A DNA stretch of 54,404 nucleotides, from the IMG/VR virus record IMGVR_UViG_3300043446_000267, positions 1-54,404 of that record; one strand, written 5' to 3'. The first letter of the stretch is position 1; every line of letters starts with the position of its first letter. Positions 47,213 to 54,404 of the stretch are shown piece after piece. This stretch comes from a virus. Lineage: Duplodnaviria > Caudoviricetes. A program made the translations under genes and the position numbers. The notes under the pieces were generated by a model. That model saw nothing but the letters and a program-made list of their open reading frames with translations, made no database searches and was not told where the DNA came from.

Positions 47213-50026
47213 ATGGCTGATAATAATCTTAACTCTGAACAAATGGCTGAACTCTTTGAGAAGCTGAACCGCCTATTGGGCGATAGTACTGCACTCATGT
47301 CTGACGAGCAAAAAGCTAAAAAACAGTCAATAGAACAAGAGTACGACCGAATCAAGCAACTAGAAAAATCCGGTAAAGCCGAAGACATGAAGATGGCTGC
47401 GGAACTAAAGCACAAGATTCAAGTTGACTTGAATACAAAAGCCAAAGACGAAAACACCAAAAAAGTACGTCAAGCAACTATTCAAATAGATGAACAGTTA
47501 GCACTATTAAAAGCACGTAACAGTGAAGACCGTAGAGAACTTGCTGAGAAACAAAGTCAGTTAGATAAAGCCAGAGCAATCGAGGACTTCAAAAACAAGA
47601 TTGCTAAAATGGGCGCTGACAAGACAGGTACCATTTTAAACGGTATCACTGCAATGGGAAGTTTTGCTAACAAAACTTTCTTGGATAGTACAAAGGGTCA
47701 AAGTAAGTATGGTGAAGCATTAGATTCTGGTGCTAACAAATTAATGGGATTGAGTATCCTGTTTGGACCTTTCGGCAAAGCAGTTACTTTTGCCGGTGCT
47801 GGCTTGTTGAAGTTGGCAGCGATGGGTCTCAAGCACAACGAGGAGATGAACAAAGCCTATGAGAATCTAAGCGAGTTCGGACAAGTTGATTCTAGCGGAA
47901 TACCTCAGTTATTTAAAAACCTACAAAATGCCGGTTTCGTAATGAAAGACATGGACAAGTTCCAGGGAATTATGAAAGAGTCCAGCAAGGATCTTGCTTA
48001 TTTGGGTAACACTGCGGCTGAAGGTCAAAAAGCAATTACTGACTTGTATGGCAAGACATTAAATGATACTACACAAAGAACGTTAAAAAACTTAGGCTAC
48101 ACTAATGAGCAAGCACTAAAAACATACATCAACTACTCAACCAACTTGTCTAGATTGGGGTTGATGCAAGGGCGTACACAAGAACAAGTTCAAAAAGAAT
48201 CATTAAGATATGCCGGCACACTAGATGAGTTATCAAAACTTACAGGTGCACAGCGTGATGAATTACAAGAACGTCAACGCAGAGCAGAGCAAGATATCAA
48301 GTATAGAATTGCAATGGCACGAGCTACACCCGAAATGCAAGAACAAATTAGAATGATGTCTCAAAGCGTTGCAGGTGGTGGTGAAGAATTTGCCGCAGGC
48401 GTTCGTGAAATGATTGCTAACGGTGGTAATGCTGTTACTGAAACTGGTATCAAGTTACAACTAAACACAGCTGGAGCTGCATCTAGAATTATCAGACAAT
48501 TCAATAGAGGTGAGATTGATTATTTTACCGCAAGCAAACAACTAGCTGAAGCAATGGATAAACGTGACAAATCAATGCGTAATGCTACTGTAGTTAGTGG
48601 AGAAGTCGCGGCTCAGTATGGTCAAACTGCTGAGACTATGGATTGGACTAACTTGATGCTTAATAAGAGTGCTGATGCTAGAGCTAGAATTGAACAAGAT
48701 GCGGCACTACAAGCGTCAGGTCAAATGGACGCACAACGCTCGGCAGAAACTACTCGTCAAATCAATGAACGCAAAGCCGAACAAGCAAAAGATAAATTGG
48801 CTCAAATTGTTGGTAAAGGTATTTCTCCTGCAATGGAGAAATTAGAAATTGTAACTCACGAGTTGGCTAAGACATTTGCTAAAATTTTAAAGATGCTCCC
48901 ATTTGGTCCTGACTTAACTGAAGCGTTTCAATCACGTGAAGAAAAGCTATCAGAAAAAGAACAGAAGATGAAGGAAGTTCAAGAGAAGTTAGCAAGAGCC
49001 AAAGCATCTCATCATAACAAACAGACTGTTATGTATGAAGCACAATTAGAAAAACTAACAAAAGAAATTGAAGACCTTAAAGGTAATGGTCAGATGGGTG
49101 CACCTGCAGAACTAGGACCTACGTCTTCAATGGGTAACTATTTGCGTAAAGTGGCTCAAGTTGAGTCAGGTGGCAAAGCAGGCTCAAAAGCAGGAACATC
49201 ATCGGCTGCTGGGTTGTTTCAATTTACCGAAAGTACATGGAATCAAACAGTTAAAGAAATGGGTAAGAACTATTCATCATCTGATAGATTCGATCCAAAG
49301 AAAGCCGCAGAAGTTGCACAGTACTTTACACAAAAACAATCAGGACAACTAGAAAAGACTTTAGGTAGAAAACCATCAGATGGTGAGTTATATATGGCTC
49401 ACTTCTTAGGCGCGGGTGGTGCTATAAAGTTCTTGTCAGCAATGCAAAAGAATCCAAATGGTCCTTCTTCTGAGGGTGCAACAGCTGACCAAATGAATGC
49501 TAACAAGTCAATCTTCTATGAAGATGGTGGCAAGGGAAAAATGCGAACATTAAGCGAAGTATATGGCTTGATGAGCAAAAAGTTAGATAAAGCTGGTGAT
49601 ATTATCACTGCTGGTAAAGGTGGAAAAGACTTAGCTAGTATTCAGGCAATGAGAACAGGTGGATTAATTTCAGGTCCAACTAGTGGATATCCGGTAATGC
49701 TTCATGGTAATGAAGTTGTTATACCAATGGATGATTCGTCTAGCTTGCGAAATGTTCAGAAAACGTCACTAGATAAGCTAACATCGTCAGATAGTGGAAC
49801 AGCTTCTTCCCCGGATGCATCTAATGCAATGATTGCATTGACTTCAAAATTGGACTCTATGCTTGAGTATATGCGTAAATCTAGTCCTACAGTAACAGCT
49901 TCACAGCCAACCGGTGATATAAAAGTAATCGCTGACACATTGGCAAGTAAAATGGATTCAGTTATCGAATACCTACATAAATCGAGCAGTACACAAGAAC
50001 AACTATTACAACATGCTCGTAATTAA
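47213..50026 (+). CDS. Tape measure-like protein with lytic transglycosylase domain
   Basis: Long helical/coiled-coil region; VESGG...SSAAGLFQF...TW...LYMAHFLG SLT/lysozyme-like domain (~49130-49590); GGLISGPTSGYPVMLHGNEVV tail motif. Confidence 0.75.
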   Translation: MADNNLNSEQMAELFEKLNRLLGDSTALMSDEQKAKKQSIEQEYDRIKQLEKSGKAEDMKMAAELKHKIQVDLNTKAKDENTKKVRQATIQIDEQLALLKARNSEDRRELAEKQSQLDKARAIEDFKNKIAKMGADKTGTILNGITAMGSFANKTFLDSTKGQSKYGEALDSGANKLMGLSILFGPFGKAVTFAGAGLLKLAAMGLKHNEEMNKAYENLSEFGQVDSSGIPQLFKNLQNAGFVMKDMDKFQGIMKESSKDLAYLGNTAAEGQKAITDLYGKTLNDTTQRTLKNLGYTNEQALKTYINYSTNLSRLGLMQGRTQEQVQKESLRYAGTLDELSKLTGAQRDELQERQRRAEQDIKYRIAMARATPEMQEQIRMMSQSVAGGGEEFAAGVREMIANGGNAVTETGIKLQLNTAGAASRIIRQFNRGEIDYFTASKQLAEAMDKRDKSMRNATVVSGEVAAQYGQTAETMDWTNLMLNKSADARARIEQDAALQASGQMDAQRSAETTRQINERKAEQAKDKLAQIVGKGISPAMEKLEIVTHELAKTFAKILKMLPFGPDLTEAFQSREEKLSEKEQKMKEVQEKLARAKASHHNKQTVMYEAQLEKLTKEIEDLKGNGQMGAPAELGPTSSMGNYLRKVAQVESGGKAGSKAGTSSAAGLFQFTESTWNQTVKEMGKNYSSSDRFDPKKAAEVAQYFTQKQSGQLEKTLGRKPSDGELYMAHFLGAGGAIKFLSAMQKNPNGPSSEGATADQMNANKSIFYEDGGKGKMRTLSEVYGLMSKKLDKAGDIITAGKGGKDLASIQAMRTGGLISGPTSGYPVMLHGNEVVIPMDDSSSLRNVQKTSLDKLTSSDSGTASSPDASNAMIALTSKLDSMLEYMRKSSPTVTASQPTGDIKVIADTLASKMDSVIEYLHKSSSTQEQLLQHARN

Positions 50027-50027
50027 C

Positions 50028-50035
50028 GATAAATA
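50028..50035 (+). promoter_or_regulatory. Putative late promoter GATAAATA
   Basis: 5 nt upstream of portal ATG; no SD. Confidence 0.7.
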
Positions 50036-50040
50036 TCACT

Positions 50041-51804
50041 ATGTCTTATAAGAAACGTTTTTCCGCCCCAAATACTACGGGTGCTTTAAGCCCAATCTCA
50101 GGTGCTAACAGTAACCAAGGAGCTTGGAATAGTTCTCCTGCCACTGCTTCTTGGAGTAATGACAATTTTGGATACAAGAACTATCAAAGCCGCTTACCTG
50201 AGATTTATACAGGACACCCAAATCGTATTGAACGTTATAATCAATATGAAATGATGGATGTTGATGCGGAAATCAACGCATGTTTAGATATCATTGCAGA
50301 GTTCTCAACACAGAAAAACGAACAAAATAATACTCCGTTTGAAATTACTTTTCACGAAGATCCAACTCCGCATGAAGTTGAACTTATTAAAAAGCAACTT
50401 CAACAGTGGTGTAAACTAAACGAATTTGACACAAGAGTTTTTAAAATTTTTAGAAACGCACTAAAGTACGGCGACCAAGTGTTTGTTAGAGACCCAGAAA
50501 ACTTCAAGTTGTATTGGGTTGACATGACTAAGGTTACAAAAGTAATTGTTAACGAAAGTGAAGGTAAGAAGCCAGAACAGTATGTTATCAAAGACATTAA
50601 TCCAAACTTACAGAATTTAAGTGTAGCAGAAAAAGTTAGTACTGACTTCAATACTCCATCAGGTCCCGGTGGATTTACTGCACCATCCAATTATACAATG
50701 CCAAACACCCCCGGAACATCAGGTTCTAGATTTCAATTGGGCATCAACGAAGCAGCTATCGATGCTAAACATGTTGTTCATTTGAGTCTAACAGAGGGTT
50801 TAGATAGATACTGGCCGTTCGGTCAATCTGTTTTAGAGAACATCTTTAAAGTCTATAAACAAAAAGAACTATTAGAAGATGCGATTCTTATCTATCGTAT
50901 AAGTCGTGCTCCTGAGCGTAGAGTTTTCAAGATTGACGTTGGTAATATGCCAAGTCACATGGCTATGGCTTTCGTTGACCGTATTAAGAATGAGATTCAT
51001 CAACGTAGAATCCCATCAGTTCAAGGTGGGCAATCATCTTTTGATGCAACATATAATCCATTGAGCATCAACGAAGATTACTTTTTCCCTGTGACTGCTG
51101 ATGGTCGCGGTTCAGATGTAACTACACTTGCAGGTGGTAGTAATTTAGGTGAGATTGACGACTTGCGTTATTTCAACAACAGACTAGCAAGAGGCTTACG
51201 TGTGCCAGCTAGTTACTTGCCGCAAGGTCCTGAAGATAACCCGATTGCAATGAATGACGGTAGAGTTGGAACAGCAATGATTCAAGAGTTCCGTTTTAAT
51301 CAATACTGTGAACGTCTACAAAAGTACATTTGCCAACGTTTAAATGACGAATTTAAGTTGTTTATGCGTTACAGGGGCTTCAATATCGATTCAGGTTTGT
51401 TCGATATTAAGTTCAATGCACCTCAAAACTTTGCAAGCTATCGCCAATCAGAGTTAGACACCGCAAGAGTTACGGTGTTCCAGACTATGGAAGCGTTCCC
51501 ATACATGAGTAAACGTTTTGCTATGCAACGATTCTTAGGCTTAACTGAAGAAGAAATCGAAGAAAACAGCAAAATGTGGCTCGAAGAAAGAGAAAAACCA
51601 GAAGAATCTGAAACATCTGGTAGCGATTTGCGTAGTATTGGTATTAGTCCAGGCGACATTGATACTGATTTGGAAGACGCTGAAAACATGGGAAATGAAG
51701 AAGGTATGGATATGAACATGCCACCTGAAGGAGCCCCTGCTGTAGGCGGACCTGAAATGATGCCAGGTGGACCAGCCGGCGGTGGTATGCCACCAGCAAT
51801 GTAA
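50041..51804 (+). CDS. gp20: Portal protein, T4 gp20-like
   Basis: YEMMD.D.EI..CLDII, LLEDAILIYRISRAPERRVFKIDVGNMP, EDYFFP...GRGSDVTTLAGG.NLGEIDDLRYF..RL.RGLRVP.S.L. Confidence 0.95.
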   Translation: MSYKKRFSAPNTTGALSPISGANSNQGAWNSSPATASWSNDNFGYKNYQSRLPEIYTGHPNRIERYNQYEMMDVDAEINACLDIIAEFSTQKNEQNNTPFEITFHEDPTPHEVELIKKQLQQWCKLNEFDTRVFKIFRNALKYGDQVFVRDPENFKLYWVDMTKVTKVIVNESEGKKPEQYVIKDINPNLQNLSVAEKVSTDFNTPSGPGGFTAPSNYTMPNTPGTSGSRFQLGINEAAIDAKHVVHLSLTEGLDRYWPFGQSVLENIFKVYKQKELLEDAILIYRISRAPERRVFKIDVGNMPSHMAMAFVDRIKNEIHQRRIPSVQGGQSSFDATYNPLSINEDYFFPVTADGRGSDVTTLAGGSNLGEIDDLRYFNNRLARGLRVPASYLPQGPEDNPIAMNDGRVGTAMIQEFRFNQYCERLQKYICQRLNDEFKLFMRYRGFNIDSGLFDIKFNAPQNFASYRQSELDTARVTVFQTMEAFPYMSKRFAMQRFLGLTEEEIEENSKMWLEEREKPEESETSGSDLRSIGISPGDIDTDLEDAENMGNEEGMDMNMPPEGAPAVGGPEMMPGGPAGGGMPPAM

Positions 51805-51812
51805 GATAAATA
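51805..51812 (+). promoter_or_regulatory. Putative late promoter GATAAATA
   Basis: Immediately after the portal stop, 5 nt before ATG 51818. Confidence 0.65.
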
Positions 51813-51817
51813 ATATT

Positions 51818-52039
51818 ATGAAATTATTCGAAATGTTTGACCCAGCAGTTCCCGGTTATCAAGATACCGAGAATGATAACTCACGTGTAAAGTGGAAAGA
51901 AACACGTAAGACCAAGTTAACATTGCGTCAAATCCGTAAATTACGTAAAATGAATGACGTTCGTAACTATGAAAAAGCACAGACATTGAAGAAAATTCGT
52001 AAGCAATATGAAGTGGTTGCCGAGCAACCTCCTATGTAA
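51818..52039 (+). CDS. Small basic head-module protein
   Basis: MKLFEMFD...TRKTKLTLRQIRKLRKM; start moved from 51767 to 51818 to avoid portal overlap and fit the promoter. Confidence 0.7.
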   Translation: MKLFEMFDPAVPGYQDTENDNSRVKWKETRKTKLTLRQIRKLRKMNDVRNYEKAQTLKKIRKQYEVVAEQPPM

Positions 52040-52063
52040 AACACATATTCTATACGAAAACGT

Positions 52064-52095
52064 AAAAAAATAGCACTTATTGTGCTATTTTTTTT
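52064..52095. terminator. Bidirectional rho-independent terminator
   Basis: AAAAAAATAGCAC-TTATT-GTGCTATTTTTTTT. Confidence 0.75.
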
Positions 52096-52103
52096 GATAC
52101 CCA

Positions 52104-52110
52104 CTAAATA
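52104..52110 (+). promoter_or_regulatory. Putative late promoter CTAAATA
   Basis: Just after the terminator, upstream of AGGAG SD and ATG 52148. Confidence 0.6.
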
Positions 52111-52147
52111 AAATTACACAAGCCATTTCTAATCAGGAGAACAAATA

Positions 52148-52981
52148 ATGGATAACAAAAAATTTGAACAACTTATTGATTTGATTATCAATGAGAATGA
52201 AGAACAAGCTCGTGCATTATTCCATGATATCGTAGTTGAAAAAAGCCGCGAAATCTATGAGTCAATGATGGACGATGAAGAAACTGTTGAAGAATCACAA
52301 GAAGGTGATGAAGAAGCAGTTGAAGAAGGTCTAGAAGGCGCTGACCAAGTTGGCGGTTTGATGGACGAAATCGGTGCTGAAGAAGAAGGTCTAGGCGAAG
52401 ACGAAGATGAATTCGCTGACATCGAAGTTGACGGCGAAGAAGGTCTAGGCGATGAAGAAGGTCTAGGCGGTGAAGAAGAATTAGAAGACCGTGTTGTTGA
52501 TTTGGAAGACAAGCTAGATGAATTGATGGCTGAGTTCGAAGAATTGATGGCAGGTGAAGAAGGCGGCGAAGAAGAATTCGGCGGCGAAGAAGAAATCGGC
52601 GGCGAAGAAGACTTCGGCGGCGAAGAAGAAATGTCAGACGAAATGATGGAAGCTGTACAGTTGCAGAAAGTTTCTGTAACACACGGTGACAACGGACAAA
52701 ACACAAAGTCAATCGTTTCTGGTGGTCCTAAAGTTGGTGGTAACGGTGCTAAAGCTGTTCAAGCTGGTGGCGAATCAACTAAAGGTGGAACACAAGGCGG
52801 TTTGTTGAACCCAACAACTAAAGACTTGCCAGGCGCTGGTTCATTCAAGAATGCTCCAGGTAAAGGTAACTTCTCTGAAAAGGGTGAATCAGTTGCTAAG
52901 CCAAAAGCAGGTGACAACGGTCAAAACACAAAATCAATCACTAGTGAGTCACGCAAGACCACTAAGAAGATTGTTAAGTAA
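52148..52981 (+). CDS. Highly acidic prohead core protein (gp67/gp68 position)
   Basis: Glu/Asp-rich N-terminal two thirds, Gly/Lys-rich C-terminus; lies between portal and prohead protease. Confidence 0.65.
   Translation: MDNKKFEQLIDLIINENEEQARALFHDIVVEKSREIYESMMDDEETVEESQEGDEEAVEEGLEGADQVGGLMDEIGAEEEGLGEDEDEFADIEVDGEEGLGDEEGLGGEEELEDRVVDLEDKLDELMAEFEELMAGEEGGEEEFGGEEEIGGEEDFGGEEEMSDEMMEAVQLQKVSVTHGDNGQNTKSIVSGGPKVGGNGAKAVQAGGESTKGGTQGGLLNPTTKDLPGAGSFKNAPGKGNFSEKGESVAKPKAGDNGQNTKSITSESRKTTKKIVK
52562..52633 (+). repeat. 4 x 18-bp coding tandem repeat (GGEEEF/GGEEEI/GGEEDF/GGEEEM)
   Basis: ggcggcgaagaaga(a/c)(a/t)t(c/g) repeated four times. Confidence 0.9.
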
Positions 52982-52995
52982 GGATACCTGAGAAA

Positions 52996-53631
52996 ATGGC
53001 TTTGTATCTCAGAGAGAACCTAACATTCGACAATGCTAATATCATTGTTGAAAGTGAAGGTGACGGTAGTAAGAAGTCCCTTTATATGAAGGGAATCTTC
53101 ATCCAGGGCGGGGTAAAGAACGCTAATGAGCGTGTTTACCCTGTTTCCGAAATCGAATCTGCTGTCGATTCTCTTAATGAACAAATCAAAACAGGCTATT
53201 CAGTCTTAGGTGAAGTTGACCACCCAGATGATTTAAAAATTAACTTAGACCGCGTATCACATATGATTACTCAAATGTGGATGGATGGACCAAATGGTTT
53301 CGGTAAGTTAAAGATTTTGCCAACTCCAATGGGACAGTTAGTGTCTACAATGTTGGAGAGTGGTGTAAAGCTAGGCGTTTCAAGTCGTGGTAGCGGTAAC
53401 GTGAGTGACTTGGACGGTAGAGTTAGTGACTTTGAAATAGTCACGGTTGATATTGTCGCCCAACCTAGTGCTCCTAATGCTTATCCTAAAGCAATCTATG
53501 AAGGAATGATGAATATGCGTCATGGTCATAGAATGTTGGATATTGCAAAAGACGCACAACAAGACAAAAAAGTACAGAGATACCTACAAGAGGAAGTAAC
53601 TCGCCTCATCAAGGATCTCAAAATTAAATAA
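52996..53631 (+). CDS. gp21: Prohead core protease, T4 gp21-like
   Basis: LYMKGIFIQG.VKNAN.RVYP, LGEVDHP, INLDRVSH, ILPTPMG, LGVSSRG.G, TVDIVAQPSAP.AYP. Confidence 0.95.
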   Translation: MALYLRENLTFDNANIIVESEGDGSKKSLYMKGIFIQGGVKNANERVYPVSEIESAVDSLNEQIKTGYSVLGEVDHPDDLKINLDRVSHMITQMWMDGPNGFGKLKILPTPMGQLVSTMLESGVKLGVSSRGSGNVSDLDGRVSDFEIVTVDIVAQPSAPNAYPKAIYEGMMNMRHGHRMLDIAKDAQQDKKVQRYLQEEVTRLIKDLKIK

Positions 53632-53643
53632 GGGGATACCAGC

Positions 53644-54404
53644 ATGTTAGATGCTATCAAACCATTGCTTGAATCTGGTCTTATTAGTGAAGAAACTTCT
53701 AGTGCTTTAAATGAGGCATGGGAATCTAAGCTAAACGAAGCTAGAGAACAAGTTCGTGCGGAACTACGTGATGAGTTCGCACAACGTTACGAACATGATA
53801 AAAGTGTAATGGTAGAAGCCCTTGATAAGATGATGACAGACGGTCTTTCAGAAGAAATTTCCGAATTTCAAACTGAAAGAAAAGCAATGAACGAAGACCG
53901 TGTTCAAGCTAAAATGAAACTACGTGAAAGCGTAGCTAAGTTCAATGATTTTATGGTTAGTCACTTAGCCGAAGAAATCAAAGAACTACGCAATGAACGC
54001 AAACTACAACTAGAAAGCCAACAAAAGCTAGAACAATTCGTTGTTTCAGCACTTGCAGGTGAAATTAAAGAATTCGCCCAAGACAAGAAGGCTGTAGTTG
54101 AAGCTAAAGTTAAGTTAGTTGCTGAAGGTCGTAAACAATTGGAAACACTAAAGGCAAAGTTCGTTGCTGAAAGTGCTAAGAGAATTAACGAATCTGTTGC
54201 AAAACATCTTAAGGGTGAAATGGCTCAATTGAAAGAAGATATTAAGATTGCTCGTGAAAACGATTTCGGTCGCAAAATCTTCGAATCTTTCGCAAGCGAA
54301 TTCTCTGTTACTCATTTAAATGAGAAAGCAGAAACACGCAAGCTAATGTCAGCATTAGCGCAAAAAGATATTCAGTTGGCTGAATCTACTAAACAAATCG
54401 CTGA
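53644..54404 (+). CDS. gp22: Prohead scaffolding protein, T4 gp22-like (runs off the window edge)
   Basis: Not in the ORF track; open frame from ATG 53644 (AGGGGA SD): MLDAIKPLLESGLISEETSSALNEAWESKLNEAREQVRAELRDEFAQRYEHDK...ARENDFGRKIFESFASEF; coiled coil, directly after gp21. Confidence 0.85.
   Translation, partial: MLDAIKPLLESGLISEETSSALNEAWESKLNEAREQVRAELRDEFAQRYEHDKSVMVEALDKMMTDGLSEEISEFQTERKAMNEDRVQAKMKLRESVAKFNDFMVSHLAEEIKELRNERKLQLESQQKLEQFVVSALAGEIKEFAQDKKAVVEAKVKLVAEGRKQLETLKAKFVAESAKRINESVAKHLKGEMAQLKEDIKIARENDFGRKIFESFASEFSVTHLNEKAETRKLMSALAQKDIQLAESTKQIA

Noticed and set aside
52562-52633. Tandem repeats as a possible mini-CRISPR or guide array
   Set aside because: No spacers; 18-nt in-frame coding repeats.
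52188-52712. Long antisense ORFs (174 and 149 aa), and similar ones such as 32933-33544 and 11631-12056
   Set aside because: Shadows of repetitive or biased coding on the opposite strand; low-complexity translations.
1-54404. Stop-codon reassignment as seen in some jumbo phages
   Set aside because: Genes up to 15 kb are intact under the standard code and tile the window; checked genes end in TAA or TGA and no fragmentation at TAG is seen.

Overview
AT-rich, gene-dense segment of a large T4-like (Tevenvirinae-related, probably jumbo) myophage genome; standard genetic code, no tRNA, rRNA, CRISPR or IS elements seen. Left end (1-9985, minus strand): a translationally coupled operon of three putative glycosyltransferases, five tandem N-terminal-Twitch radical SAM enzymes and an APS-kinase/nucleotidyltransferase fusion, headed by a late-type TAAATA promoter inside an RBS-occluding hairpin. 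Middle (10034-40813, minus strand): tail fibre/baseplate module, including a 5148-aa wedge-like protein, gp6, gp25, gp5/VgrG-like spike, putative hub, gp53 and a tube initiator with a permuted LysM. Then gp55 late sigma factor, gp47/gp46 and a PD-(D/E)xK Holliday junction resolvase, followed by a ~580-bp non-coding interval containing a ~345-nt multibranched structured-RNA candidate and GA-rich DNA-type hairpins. Next, a gp26/gp51-like pair joined by an apparent programmed -1 frameshift (T TTT TTC plus stem-loop), divergent from a tape measure with a lytic transglycosylase domain, and the head module (gp20 portal, core proteins, gp21 protease, start of gp22 scaffold). All product calls come from motif recognition and synteny by eye; no database searches or folding programs were run.
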